DNA of 64,000 bases from Lama glama. Taxonomy: Eukaryota. Below, piece after piece: positions 1 to 13,474 of the stretch; position 1 is the first letter of the stretch; each line of letters begins with the position of its first letter. A model generated the notes under the pieces. The model had not been told where the DNA came from. It searched no databases and was given only the letters and a program-made list of their open reading frames with translations. Both the position numbers and the translations under genes were made by a program. The stretch is taken from contig CM052818.1 of the NCBI GenBank assembly GCA_028534125.1, positions 48,982,001 to 49,046,000 of the forward strand, written 5' to 3'.

Positions 1-360
1 ACACACTATATAATTAAACTTGAAGTTGGGACTGCTGTCTCATTACTTTGAGGTTAAAAAGAGATGACTGAGTTCTTTGGAGTCATTGATCCTGGTTATC
101 AAGAGGAGATAGTTTGCCGCTGCACAAGGGAGAGAAGGAAGACTTCATCTGGGAACCAGGGAATCTCTGGGGTGATTTCCTGCACTGCGGGCACTTTGTA
201 ACAGTAAAAGTTCACAGAAGAGCACCAACCCAATACAGGCGATCGCTCAGCGATGACAGTTCACTCCCTCGTACCAGGTAGAATTCTGCTCAGCCTAAAT
301 GTTGGTGGAGGGCAAGGGGCACGTTAGAACAGGTAGTAACGGTAGAAAGCTACGCCTCCT
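1..360 (+). mobile_element. ERVL internal remnant (pol C-terminus/dUTPase region), degenerate, cut by window start
   Basis: Piecewise translation gives LNLKLGLLSHYF...GVIDPGYQEEI...EGKG, resembling the ERVL motifs PLNWKLRLPPGHFG...GVIDPDYQGEI...AEGKGN; multiple frameshifts. Confidence 0.75.
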
Positions 361-419
361 GATGGCAGCAGATGTGAAGGCTGCAATATTGACCCAGGCA
401 CGACCGACCAGGTTGGACT

Positions 420-705
420 GGGACAAAACGAACCCTGAAATCTCAGTGATTTAATACAGCACTTGGCTGATGCAGATCAGGCAGCTCACTGGGACACCTG
501 CCTGGCAGGCTTCTTCCGGCCCTAAGAGCCTGGCATATGTAGCTTCCAGACTTGCCAGAAGAAAAGAAGAAAGAATATGGAAAGCTCTCACCAGTGATCA
601 TCTGTCTTGTATTAGAAGTGAAACACACCACTGCAGCTTACAGCCTACGGTCCACAAAGCAATCATACGGCTTCGTCTAACTCAAAAGAGGCTGAAAATG
701 CACAG
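420..705 (-). mobile_element. Old MaLR LTR (MLT1-like) nested in the ERVL remnant
   Basis: 'ccctgaaatctcagtgattta...agaagtgaaacacaccactgc...aactcaaaagaggctg' resembles the reverse complement of old MLT1 LTRs. Confidence 0.5.
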
Positions 706-777
706 GAGCACAGGGGACCCTGCACTGAGTAAGCACAGCCCCCACCCCGCACCACCCTGTGCTTTCCCTTCTTCTTT

Positions 778-836
778 ACACACACACACATGCACACACG
801 CACATGCACACACGCACGTGCACACATACACACGTG
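778..836. repeat. (CA)/(CG)/(TG) mixed purine-pyrimidine repeat
   Basis: cacacacacatgcacacacgcacatgcacacacgcacgtgcacacatacacacgtgc read directly. Confidence 0.85.
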
Positions 837-839
837 CAA

Positions 840-1273
840 ATAACGTTTTCTTTGGTTCCCTCTCCCTTCCAATTTCCAGGTGGAACAAACCTTGGCCCCA
901 GTGGTTAACTTTATACTTCAGTTGAAGGTCACAGGGAGTTGAAGCAGAACTGTGTCAGGACCAGAATAAAGAATACCCGGAGACAAATCCAAGAAAGCAC
1001 AAACGTTTGTAGAGATTTGCATTCTTCATGGTGAAAGGGTCACCGGCCCTCATATTTGCCAAGAACCAGTGGGAACCTCTGCCCCTAGTTCTTGAGTAAT
1101 AATCTCAGACATTATCGTGTAGCTCTTAAAGCAATCATCCAAGCACTGCTTCCTTGATTTCAGTTACTCAAGCCTCCTCAATTATTCTGTAAATACATAA
1201 TTTATGTTTTAAAACCCTTTTTGCTAAGAGTACCTAGTGTGTTTCTGATTCCTGCATTGCACTCTGATTAATA
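840..1273 (+). mobile_element. ERVL 3' internal segment plus degenerate ERVL-class LTR 3' end
   Basis: 'ggttaactttatacttcag' resembles the ERVL 3' internal region; the ending 'tttctgattcctgcattgcactctgattaatac' resembles LTR16/LTR33-type 3' ends. Confidence 0.5.
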
Positions 1274-1839
1274 CGGTGGCCTATTAAAAAATGTTGTCAG
1301 CTCTAGCACTGAAAACCAGCCTTTTGATAGATAGTATGCTAGCTTGTCCAACTATATACCACCGTGTTCGGCATGGAGGACAAAAGGAGGACAAAAAAAA
1401 AAATCACCCATGTATTAGCAACTGTAAATAAGGTTTTCCAATATTCCGTAATCCGGAGGTCGCAGATACTTCCTGAAACTGACGACTGATCTTGGAGTGG
1501 AAACGTCTGCTGTGCCGCTGTACCAGGGCACTTACCCATCAACACTCCCTTAACTCACCACGTGGAATGCGGCATCTCTGCAAGTCATCGCTTTTACACA
1601 CCCAGACACTTGAGACCATTTGACTGCCTGACTTGTTCAAAAGCAAGTCTATCTATTTGATAGCCAATTAGACATAGATTCAGAAATGAAGGACTAAATC
1701 ACTTTTCATCCAGACTACACTTCCTGAAATTGAATTCCTGACAATTCAGGAGAAATTGGTACTGTGTGACATAAGACACCAATACATTCTTAAAACTCAA
1801 ATATGATTTAGTAACATACACAAAATGCTGAAGCGTAAA

Positions 1840-2120
1840 TGTGGAGCAAGGCGGCGGCTTTCTGAGGGGTGGGGAGCCAGGCTGGGGACAGCCCCACCCG
1901 GCAGGTCGCAGCGTGGCTCGGAGAAGGCGGCGCTGCAGGCCGCGCAGGCGGCGGAGGGAGCCCTGCGCCGGGGACTGTCGCGCGGGGCGGCGTCTGCGTG
2001 TGCACCTGCACCTGCGCCGGCTGAGCCCCGCTGCCTACGCTGCGCCTTCGCAGGCCAGCAGGTCTCCCCGGAAAACGCAGTGAGGCCGATGCGAACTTCA
2101 GACTCACCTTCTCCTCTCGG
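1840..2120. promoter_or_regulatory. Small CpG island-like element
   Basis: Very GC- and CpG-rich 280 bp in an AT-rich context; GC box (ggggcgg) and tandem CACCTG E-boxes near 2003. Confidence 0.6.
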
Positions 2121-3869
2121 GGTTTTTGGGGTTTTTTTTGCCAGTTAATGATTGCATTCCCTATAATTTAACCATAGAATGAGTACCACTTGGTAAAGAA
2201 AGGAGTTAATTTGGCAGGAATATTAGGTTCATTGAAATACCGAGTTTTTCTATCACGCTGTGAGGGAAAATTACAAGGAATAAAATTAAAAAAAAAAAAA
2301 AACCTGTGCCGACTCTGCAATGATGGCTGCTGAGTCTCTGGCTGCACCGGCACTGCTAGCATGATTGGGAGGCTGCCCGGTGTCACCTTGATATGGGATG
2401 TGCTTCCTAGGGCAAGAGCTGGAGAATTGCAAGGCAGACGTCCAATCAGATGAGATGGTTTTTGGAATTAATGAGCTTAATCATATAATATTTGCTCTGT
2501 ATTTGTTTCAAAGAAAGATCAGTAAGGTTTTAAACCTTGTAGTAAGCTATGTTCCTATGCTGACAATGTACAAACGAGATTCTTTAATATGTATTCGGGT
2601 TATGTTAGCAGGGATGTTTCTAACTATAAATTTATCCATGATTTTACTTACTTCATAAATGCAGAGTTAAAAATCACCATCAAAAACCTCTTTCTGTATA
2701 TTTTTATCTCTACTATTTATAACTGAGTTGCATCTTAATGGAGCAGAGAGAGAAGAGTGGTGATGGAGAGATTCCACACTGATTTAAGGAGGAAGGCAAA
2801 TCATATTTATAATCTTTGGCAGAAAGTTATGGTAAGAACTGAGTTTTCCATCCCTAGGCTTCTGAAGCTCAATGATGGTGCCTGCTCTATTTATTTTAAC
2901 TTTTTGATATTAGACATTCTTTGTCTGGAAAAACACTCGGCATAGTCTTCCTAATGTTAAGTTATCCCTTTTGACATCCTGGACACAAGGAAAGTCCACA
3001 CACTACACAGTTAGATATTGTTCACATGCTAAACAGCCTGCAATGTACTCTCGTCTCAGAAAACAACAGTAACAAATCCTGAGAGGTTTAAAAGTTATAT
3101 CCAAGAGGCAAATGAAGTTAAGTCTCAGAAAATACGGCCAGGCATATTGTGTGGCATATAGAATGCGCTGAATTAATGTTCAGTTAATACATGGAGAGAG
3201 GTGCCACGGCACATGTGTAAGCAAGGGGCCTGTAGTATAAAAGAGATACGTTTATTAACACAAACCCACTGAAGCAATTGATTTTGCCTTAGTTTGTAGC
3301 TTTGATGGGGTTTTTGAATCCTTCTTCTGTTTTGTTCCTAATCCCAGTTTTAATGTCTCTGATACCAACGTCCCTACAGACCAGCCCAATCGGTGATTTT
3401 ACTCCGCCACACTTGACCAGCACCATTTGGGCACCCTGTCGGACACTAGCGGACACAGCCATCAATCACTGGTGAAATATGGAAGACATTAAGATGGAAA
3501 CGGATCAGTCATTAGAGCTGTAATATAATAATGTGCTTGTTAACATCAGAAATTTAGTTGCAAAGCCCCACGACATGTCTCCCTTCCAAAACCAGTCATT
3601 CTCATCACCTCCAGAGTAAACACACATTTGTCACTGTTAAATTCAAGATCTGAACTCACCCAAAATTACTTTCCCAGGTTTGCTTTCATGAACTGCATTA
3701 TTGCCCATAAGCTCAAGTCAAGACAAATACTCTCCAACACCCGAATCCAGAACTCCGTGGTTGTTCTCATGTTTGCCTCCCTGCCTGCTCCAGCAGGCAG
3801 CTCCACAGGAGCCCTAAACGTCTCTCCGGAGCCAGGACCCATGCTTCTGCCCTTGCAGACGAGCGTATG

Positions 3870-5460
3870 GCCTTAGAATTTCACATGCATAAAATGGGTT
3901 CCCTGCTATTTTGCGTCTGACTCCTTTTGCAGAGTACTGTTTTTGAGACTCATTTATGTTATTGCTGACACCAGCAGTTTGGTTTTTTTTTTATTTTATT
4001 TTATTGGTTGCTGTTGAGTTTTGTAGATACACCACAATTCATATATGCATTCACCTGGTGATGAGCATTTGGGTTATTTCCACTTCAGGCTATTTTATAA
4101 ACAAAGTTGTTATGAACATTCGCATGCAAGTCTGTCTGCATGCATTTTCCCTTTTGCTGGGTAAATTTCTGCAAGTGGAATTGCAGGGACTTACGGAAAG
4201 AGTATGAATTACTTTAGAAGAAACTGCACAGTTTTCACGAGGTGGTTATACCGTTTTACATTCTCCCCAGCGATGCCTGAGGGTTCCAGGTGCTCCGCAT
4301 TCTCACTGACACTTGTTCTTGTCATGAGTTTTAAGGTCAGCCATTCTGTCGCATGTAGACGGCAGCATCTCAGAGTGGTGGCATCTTGCATGCCTCTGAC
4401 CATCAGGGAGGCTGAGTGCCATGTGCTTGTCGGCCATCCTTCTGTCTTAAGTGAGCGCTGGTTCTAGTCTTTTGCCCAGTTAAAACTGAATTGCTTGTCT
4501 TCATATAGCTGAGTATGGATCCTGGTTGTAAGTCCTCTGTCACGTGTATGTACTGTGAGTGTTTTCTCCCATCCTGAGACTTACATTTTCACTTTCAATG
4601 ATGTCTCATGAATACAAGAATTTAATCTTTTGATAAAGTCCAACTTATCAATGTTTCTTCCTTGATTAATGGGATTTTTTATTATAAGCAGAAATGTCTG
4701 CCCTTTGTAAGTAAAAAAAGATGTTCTACTTTCTCCTAGAAGCTTTATAGACGCTAGCTTTTACTTTTATGTTTAAGATCAATTTAGATTTAATTATTTT
4801 CACATGTAAGGAAAGGAGCATCAGTGATTTTTTTTTAAGTTTTCTGTAATTTTGTTCAACGTTTTCAATCTCATGTGTTAGAAGTGTGTATTCAATTTCC
4901 AAATATTTGGGAATACTTGTTATTGCTTTTTAATATAATGTAGTTAAGGTCAGTGAATTCTTCTTTATGATTGTAACTTTTATATATTTAGAAATAATTA
5001 TTTTCTTACTATTATAATGTCTATCTTAGTGATTTTCCCATGTATATCTGAAAAAAATATGTATCCTGACGTTTTGGGGTTCAGTGTTCTATAAATATTA
5101 ATTAAGTAAAGCTGGTTGATAGTTTTTTTACAAGTCTTTTGTACCTTTAAGGACCGTTTTGTCTGTTTCTTCTATAAATAATTAATAGAGAAATACTGAA
5201 ATCTTCAGCTGCAGCGGTGACTGTTTCAGTGAGACGTTGAGTCTCTGCTGGGATTCCTCATTCCTGAAGCCCTGCCCAGAACTTTCCTGCAGGCAGAAAG
5301 CTGGGACGATTGCTTGTCCCACATCATTAATTTTCCTTATCTCAAGAATTACAGTCTCGCACTGCATGTTGTCCAATATCTAAAAACATTTCTTTTATAT
5401 ATTTTGGCCAATCTTCTCATTGTTTCCATAGCACCATAATCCCCATATCAGATATTTCTT
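3870..5460 (-). mobile_element. Ancient L1 (L1M-type), internally deleted: 3'UTR, ORF2 pieces and 5' end
   Basis: Antisense L1 hallmarks 'catttgggttatttccac', 'tttgataaagtccaacttatcaat', 'ttcaatttccaaatatttggg'; L1M 5'-like segment at 5280-5450. Confidence 0.8.
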
Positions 5461-5869
5461 TACTAATGGACTATTTTCAGTTGTTCATTAGAATAGGGCC
5501 ATGTTATTAATATGTTGACTATGGCTAAGACATTGCATAAAATTGCAAATATTTTATCACTTCTTTTTTTTAGCTTAAATAAATAATTGAATGCCCTTCC
5601 TAAAATTCTAATGTGTTTCCTTAAATTTAGGAATGCTTTTTTTTTTGCCGAAGAAATTTATTTCCTTTTTATAACAGCATTAATAATAATAATAAAAAAC
5701 TTGGCAAGATTAACTTTGCAACAGATCTTGCAGATACGCATCCATTTCACTGACTGGCAGTTAAGTTCTTCAGCATACCTTTTCTTAACCCTGTGGATAC
5801 TGAGTTTTGTAGATGAAGTACTGTCAAAAACCTTTGCAATATTTTAGACTCTTGCCTCAAGATGTTGTC

Positions 5870-6015
5870 AGCTGACCAGCAGTATTAACAGTCAGCTCAG
5901 AATTTGTTAGAAATGTAAGCTCTCAGGCCCCATGCCAGGTCTTCTGGATGAGAATCTGCATTTCAACAAGAACCCCGAGTGTTCTGTACGTGTATTAAAA
6001 TCTGAGAAGCACTTC
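5870..6015. mobile_element. MER5-type hAT-Charlie DNA transposon fragment
   Basis: 'ttgttagaaatgtaagctctcaggccccat...gaatctgcatttcaacaagaacccc...tctgagaagcact' matches MER5A/B core. Confidence 0.75.
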
Positions 6016-6866
6016 TGTCCTAGATCAGAGTCTTTGTGAATGTTCCCCATCTGTCTCACGTGACAGGCATCTATTTACATTCTGCATTCATAGCGACACC
6101 CGGTAGAAAGCAATCTGTTTGCTTAAAAGCACATGGGTGTGAATTTTCTGGTCCTCTCAGGGCCCTGCACATCACCGCAGAGCCCGGAAGGGCTCCTGCG
6201 TGGCAGGACCTGCCTGCGTTCCCATCGGAAGCTCTGGTAGAGGTCTGCATCTCAGCTGCTTCAGGTGTGAGGAGGAAACTCATCTGTACATTCTCCTTTC
6301 AAGTGCAGTTCTTTTAAAATGAAATTTGATTTAAACTGATGCAGCCACTGGGACTTAGCAACGCATTTATTTTATACATTCAGCAAGATCTGCCAGCCAG
6401 TGGAGAAAATGGTGTAACTCAAAATGTGCACGTTCTTCCACTGTTAGCCCGGGCGAGCAGAGACTTTTGGGCAGATCGTTTCTTTCTGTTCTGGAATTTG
6501 ATAGCAAAGAAAAGAAGGAAGCAGGATAAGCCATTAGAACATGAAAACAAGCAAACACTTGTCTTATGGGCCCCCTAATATATTCCACCAACAGCTGCTT
6601 GTGAAGTCAGTCTTTTGCCAGCCCTGCACTCCCGGAGCCTTAGAGGGAGACACACATAGATTTGAGATTGTGCAGCAGAACACCTTTTGAGGAAGTGAGT
6701 AAACACTTTAACTCATGTCTGTAGATTTTAGAGATTAGTATGGAAATAAGGCAAGGCAGGAAGTAACTGCAGAGGAAATGAACTGTGCACAGTGGCGATT
6801 CCTCTTCAGATAGTCCTCAGTTCTATGGTCATTTCTTTCCCCTGAGAGCCAGGGCTGCCAACGTGA

Positions 6867-6906
6867 GGAGAGAGAAAGAGAGAGAGAGAGAGAGAGGGAG
6901 AGAGAC
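6867..6906. repeat. (GA)n microsatellite, imperfect
   Basis: gagagagaaagagagagagagagagagagggagagagac read directly. Confidence 0.85.
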
Positions 6907-7279
6907 TGTGACGTACAGACAGCAGGTCTGTTGTGCAGAGTGGAAAATCTTACATCTATCGTATGTACAGGTTTGTTTCATAGCAAATAGAAAAATAAGT
7001 AACTAGTTATGGGGGGAGGGGACTGTGGCTTTTAATAATTGATGGGGTAATTGAATGTTTTCTGAACTTCTGACATGCACCTTTATACAGAGACATGCCA
7101 GGTTTCATACAGCTTTTGGGTAGATCTCTGTGGAATGAAGAAAAGCATGAAAGTACTAATAATTAATGAAGAATATCCAAACAGGAGGTGGGCAAAGTAA
7201 TTTTCCTGTTTTTACTTTTTCTCCTTCATTCCACTTTTTTTCTCTTTTCTCTTTTTTTTTCATTTTTATCTTTCTCTTT

Positions 7280-8140
7280 ATTTGCTTATTTCTTGACACT
7301 ATACTGAGCACATACTGTTATGTGCTAAAATCAGAAAGCACAATATTGAACACCAAGAAGCACATTTTCTCAACACTTGGAATGTCAAATCTAGGGGAAA
7401 ACATAGAATTAACCAAGTAATCACACCGATGAATGTATAATCACGAAGTTAGTCAAGTGCTGAGTTCTGAAGAATAAGTGAAGATGGGGAGAGTTCTAAA
7501 ATGAAGCCAAGCATCCTAAATGTGGGGAACCATGCCCAGGACCAAAGTCATCTGGAAAGAGGAAACCAGGCGAACGCTAACAACAAAGTGTGGTTGGTGT
7601 GACTGGAGTGCAGGGAAAATTAGGGAGGGTGGTGAGTGACTGTAGAAAAGGGTCAGGAGGAAGCAGTTCTCAAAGCCACGTGAGACATTGAAGGGTTATG
7701 ATCTGGATGGTGGTGAGCTGAGTGTTGGTGGTCACCTGGTCTAACTGGCATTTAGAGAAGAGAAATTTTAAGGGGATCAGAGTGGTTGTCAGATACCACT
7801 TGGTGACACTGTCTAATCCAGGCAGGACTTAATTACTGTTTGGTCTTGGGAAGAGCAGTGAAGATGGAAAGAGGTACATGAATTAAAGTATTTACATGAT
7901 AAAATTAAGAGTATTTGGTGTGTGGGGGTGTATAGCTCAAATGGTAGAGCGCATGCTTAGCAGGCACAAAGTCCTGGGTTCAATCCCCAGCACCTCTTCT
8001 AAAAATAAATAAATAAAACTAATTACCTCCCCCCCCCCCAAAAATAAGAGTATTTGGTGATAGATTGATTAGACATGACAGGTGGAATAAAAATAAGATG
8101 TCAATGATGACTTCAAGCTTTCTGACATGTGAGAGAGCCA
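7280..8140 (-). mobile_element. L2 LINE remnant (interrupted by a SINE)
   Basis: 'actgagcacatactg...' at the start and 'agatgtcaatgatgacttcaagctttctgac' further on are typical antisense L2 3' region. Confidence 0.65.
7921..8044 (+). mobile_element. tRNA-Ala-derived SINE (camelid Vic-1-like) with perfect 15-bp TSD
   Basis: A box tagctcaaatggtagag, AGC anticodon loop, B box ggttcaatccc, tail aataaaactaattacctccccc; TSD taagagtatttggtg at 7906-7920 and 8045-8059. Confidence 0.92.
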
Positions 8141-8314
8141 TTTGGAGAAAATTATGAGTTGTTCCTGGACCTGCTGTGATCTCAGAAAGGAGAATTTAAA
8201 AGGCAATTGGCCAAGGGTCAGACAAATATTTTTTGTCCGAAGATACGAAAGAAGATATGAAAGCAAATGAATCCTGATACAGGTTCTGTTCGTACTTGAT
8301 ACATATGTACAAGT

Positions 8315-8373
8315 GAGTGTGTGCGTATGTGCGTATGTGCGTATATGCATGTGTGTGTGTGTGTGTGTGTGTG
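8315..8373. repeat. (TG)n microsatellite with GTGCGTAT repeats
   Basis: Read directly. Confidence 0.85.
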
Positions 8374-9846
8374 TAAGCTGACTCTTTAATAAACTGTAGA
8401 TTATTTTCTACTATTAGTTGAATTCTAAACAAACACTTGGTCTTGGCATGTCTGTAGTATGGCAACAAATAAAACCCATAGTTTGAAGACAAATACACTT
8501 ACATGAGAAGCCTGTTTTGTCCTGTTAACTGTGGAATTTCAAGTGTATTACATGATCTTCCAAAGCTTTAATTTCCTTTTGGGAAGAACTGGAGGTGATT
8601 TACTTAATTTAGAGGAAGATGAAAATAATCATGACAATGTGTATAAATTACTGAGCATGGTGCCAGGCACAGAGTCATCTTTTAAACTAGAGGTTGGTAC
8701 AATCTTTCATTATTCCGGAATTCCTGGTTTCTTCCTAAGGATAAGAATCTGAATGAGGAGAGTTGAATCGATAATTTCAAGAGAGAAACACTTCTGTGCA
8801 CACCAGGCAAGCTCTGCTCCTGGTCAGAGTTCACACCTCGGATGCCTCTCCAAGGCTGTGGTCACTCTAGAATCTCCACAAAGATGCTTCCTACAAGTGT
8901 GATGTTAGCTGATTATTAAAGACTTAGCTAATATGTTTAACTATCTCTTAGAGATACGCATTTGTATCAGAGACTTCTGAATGTAGGAACTTATGCCGGG
9001 ACAATGGAAAACTAAGAGGCAGGGTGTGATATCTACTGACCCCTCCCACAGCGAAGCCTCCCTCCATGGAACGGTACGCCCAGAGATTGCCATCTGCAAT
9101 TCATGCATTCAACTGACAAATAGAATGATGTATAAATATCATGAATATATGTCAACACTATACTATTGACACACACTAATCATTTAACACAAGTAAAAGA
9201 TACACACAGGAATGAGCAAGTTACTGATGATTTTTTTAAACTTACTTTTTTTTTCAGGGTAGCTATTCTTTAAATACTTAAAAATCCAAGAATTAGTGGG
9301 CCTTTCAGACTGCTCAGATAATAAGCTTTATTAAAATCTTAATACAAGTAAATTTGAATTTGTGGATTTATCATTGTGGTCAGCGGGACATACATTCTAC
9401 ACTTGGAGATAGTTTTTCTCTATTAGATGTATTTCCAAATGACTAATTTCATGGATTTTTTTTTCCTTTTCCTTTGTGAGCTCATAATTCTATTTTTTTA
9501 AAGAATAGGACAAATGTAAAATAGGCTACTTCTAGTTCATATACGTGTGACAAAAGGAAATTATATCTAATTTTTACACATACTAAATATCAGCAAGTAA
9601 AGAAAGAAATATTAAAGAAATGAGCCTTACTTAAGGCATAATTTTAATAGAAAATAGATCCCAGACATAATTGAGATCCTCTGCATTTAGAACATGATGT
9701 ATTAGAACTGTGTACTCAGTTTCTTGTACTGCTTGTTAGCTTCTGGGTACAGTTAAAATTGGAAAGTTAATTTACAAGCCTTGAATTCCTTGGTCTTGAA
9801 TTTTGGAAAAATTCTCCCTTTTTCTCTATCTCTCTCACACATTGTC

Positions 9847-9850
<4 letters not shown>

Positions 9851-9898
<48 letters not shown>
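9851..9898. repeat. (AT)24 perfect microsatellite
   Basis: 48 nt of uninterrupted AT. Confidence 0.97.
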
Positions 9899-9901
<3 letters not shown>

Positions 9902-10624
9902 ATGTATTATATATATACACACACAAACATAATTTCTTTTGACCATTTATCATAACAACTGAAATTTTTGTCAACCTTTATTATCAGTTGTGGATTTATG
10001 GAAATAAGGCCAAAATTAATAATTTTAATTTTTAATTTCAATTTCAATTTTTAAATGTAGCCTCTAAATTTAATTTGGCAGAAAAAACTTTCTTGTTTAG
10101 GCTGTGCAAGAAGTATTTAATATGTATGTTTTTAGTGTATTTTAATATTTTAAAATGTTTTGATATAGTTTTAACATGTAAAAATACTTTCATTTTGAAA
10201 TTAATGAGAATTACATACAGAAACAATGCAGATATGTTGCATATATGCATACATATATGCATATAAACTGACATCCTTAATAGAAAAATATCCCTCTGGT
10301 TTTATTTCTTTTCATATTGTTGTAATTTTTAATCCACTTTCATTTTATATTAGAAATCACTATTGCCCAAAATTTTTCAACACGTTTTTCTTGTTATTCT
10401 AGACAAAATTTGAGATTTTTTTTTTTCCTGTACCACAGGGAGGGAAACTCAAGCTAAGTGGGAAGGAGGTGATTTATTGATTTGCATCTTTATAACCTCC
10501 AACTCCAAAGTTTTAAGAAACATAGATTTAATGAAGGCTATTTTAGTTAGTAACTATTTTAAATTGATAACTTTTAAAAATCTCTAGGGAAAGATTTATT
10601 TACGTATAAATGTGTGTGACTAAT

Positions 10625-11380
10625 TTATGCATTCAAATTCAAATAACACGCTCATGTCAGGCCCATAAGTAGAGTAGGAATGCAGCCATCAACCATGACA
10701 GATGTGAGTCCTGCCATGTCTTAGAGTTTAACTGGGCAACTAAATAGGAAATGACAAAACAATATGACAAAGTAATATGAGGCCTTAACTGGGGCAAGGA
10801 ATTCAGGAAATCCTGAAGTAGGGAACACCTAACTTGAGATATAAGATGAGAGGGATCGAGACAGGTAAGTGGAAATGGAGAGAAAAGACAGAAGTCAAAG
10901 GTGGTGATTGTGGTCCAAACCAGAAACATGGACTGAAGGAGGTGGCTGGGTAACAGTGGAAATTAAATTGTACTTGGTGATCAAATTTTGACTGTGATTC
11001 GCAGGGAGCGAAGAATGGTATTCATGTATCCAGATATAACTGTTATTTGGATAGAAACGTTGTTCACTGAGATGATGGTGCAGTAAGAAATATGGATATA
11101 TTGTAAATCATAAGTTCAGTTTTAGACATTATAAATTTTGCATATCTAAGGGGTAACAAGCAGATGCAAAAAAGTCCTTAAAGCCCCACAAGAATGAGAA
11201 ATAGAGGAGGTAATGCAACATAGTCCTGCAAGTCACAAGCAGGTGAAGACTCCCCTAAGCTCATAACAGAGTCTTAGAAGAGGCAGCTTTAGGAATCAGA
11301 GAAAGATCAGGCTTGTAGTATGTCAGTGGGAGTCAGAAAGCATCTCTAGGATGGAGTCATGTTCAAAAGCTGGAGGAAAA
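10625..11380 (-). mobile_element. L2 LINE remnant
   Basis: 'tgcattcaaattcaaataac...', 'gttcactgagatg', 'aagttcagttttagacattataaatttt' are antisense L2 motifs. Confidence 0.6.
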
Positions 11381-13474
11381 TAAAAATAATGTTTTAAAAT
11401 GTTTTATTATTTATCAACAAGAAATAAGAAATAACAGGAAATTTTAAAATACTTCAAAATGAATGAAAACAGCAATACAATATATCAAATATATGAGATG
11501 CAGGTAAAATGATGATTTGATGAAAATTTGTATCTGCATCTATATCAAAAAAGAAACAACACCAACACAGTATTTTATCTTAAGAAAGTTCAAAGAAGGA
11601 AAGCAAACTAAACCCAAAATAAGCAGAAGGGATTGAATAATAACGGCAGAACCCAAACCAATACGACACGAAAGGTAAAATAAAGAAAATCAGTGGAACC
11701 AAAAGTTGACGTTTTGGAACGAGCAACAAAGTTGAAAGACCTTTAACTAGTCAAGATCAAGTATGAGCAACAAATTACTGAAAATAACTCTAGGTGAATT
11801 TAATTTTATAAATATGTGTTTAACAAGGAAACAAGTAAAATACTAATTTAAAATCTTAGCCCCTTAAAAAGCTGACACCCGAACAGTGTCACTGGTGAAT
11901 TCTATCAAATATTTAAAGAAGAAATAGTGTCAATCCTTCATAAAGTTTCCAGGTTATAGAAAATGAAGGAACACTTCCTAAGTCATTCTATGACGCCAGC
12001 AATGCCCTCATACAAAGAGATCATGAGAGAAAAATACATCTAGGCCAATATCCTTCATAAACGTATACACAAAAGTCCCTAATAAGATATTAGCAAACAA
12101 AAATCAGCAGCATAGAAAAGATTATATACCATGATCAATGGGATTTATCTTTGGAATGCAAGGTTGATTTAACATCTAGAATCAATGAATATACTATACT
12201 GTATTAATAGAGTAAAATATAAAACAAAACACATACCATCTCAGTAGCTGCAGAAAAAGCATTTGAAAAAAATCTGACACCTTTTCTTCATAAATAATAT
12301 TAACAAATTACTTTTCCACTAAAATCAGGAACAAAATGAAGTCTTCTCTCCCCACTTTTATTCAACATTGTACTGAAAGTTCTAACCAGTGCAGTAATTG
12401 TGGGGGAGGGGGAGGGGAGACAAAAAAGATGGATGGAAAAATTTTAAAAACATACACATTAGAAGGAAAAAATAAAATTGTCTTTATTCATAGATGACAT
12501 CAGTGTAGAATATCCCCAGGGACAAAACTAGAAATAACAATGAGTTAAGCAGGTTTGAACATGAGACTGATACCATGTCTACATATGAGCAACAGACAAT
12601 CTGAAAGTGGAATGAAGAATGCTAGTCCTTTCAAAGTAACTTAATGAAGAAAACAATAATTAGAAATAAATTAAGCAAAGAGAGAGCAAGATTTGTACAT
12701 TACAATTTATAAAACATCATGGAGAGAAACTTCAAAATGCATAAAATAAAAGGAGACAACTTCTATGGTGGTGAATCAGAAGGCACAATATTATTAGAAT
12801 AGCAATTCTTCCCCAAAAGAGCTACAGAGTTGATGCAATATATTTTTTTAAATCGTCTAGTGCTTATATATATATATAAATTAAAAAGGCTGTTTTTAAA
12901 AATCTATATGGACATGCTTGGGACTTAGAATATTAGAAACAATTATCATTAAGAAGAGCACAGTTGAAGGGCATGCCCTACCCAGCTTCAAATGTGTTAT
13001 GAAGCTACAGTAATCAGAGCAGTGCTGTACTGTCATGAGAATGAGCATACAGATCAATGCAAGAAAATTAAAGGCTCAGAAAGAAACCCTTGCATTTAAA
13101 GGTAATTGATTTTTGATGAAGGTACCAAAACAATCCAACAAAAGATCAGTTTTTCCAAAAATGGTGCTGGGGAAATTGGGCATCTGTATCTTAAAAAAGA
13201 AAATGAATTCAGTTTTCACCTTACATAGTTAAAAAAGTAACTCAAAGGGGATCATAGATCTAAATATAAGAAATGTAAACTATAAAACTTCTAGAAGGAA
13301 AAATAGGAGAAAATTTTCATGACCTTGAATTAGGCAAAAACTTCTTAGACAAGGTATCAAAGGCAAGAAGTATAGAAATGAGTGATTGGACTTTATTAAA
13401 ATTGAAAAAAATAAAAAAAGACTCCTGCAGTTCAGAGGACTGTATTAAAACAATGAAAAGCAGCCCAGGTACTT

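Noticed and set aside
7921..7995. tRNA-Ala(AGC) gene (likewise 54050-54123 and 63050-63130)
   Set aside because: The acceptor stems are broken, and each copy has an A-rich tail and target-site duplication. These are SINEs, not functional tRNAs.
9980..10400. Very AT-rich tract as a NUMT or viral insertion (likewise 59150-59600)
   Set aside because: No mitochondrial or viral motifs or coherent ORFs were recognised; it looks like low-complexity AT-rich DNA.
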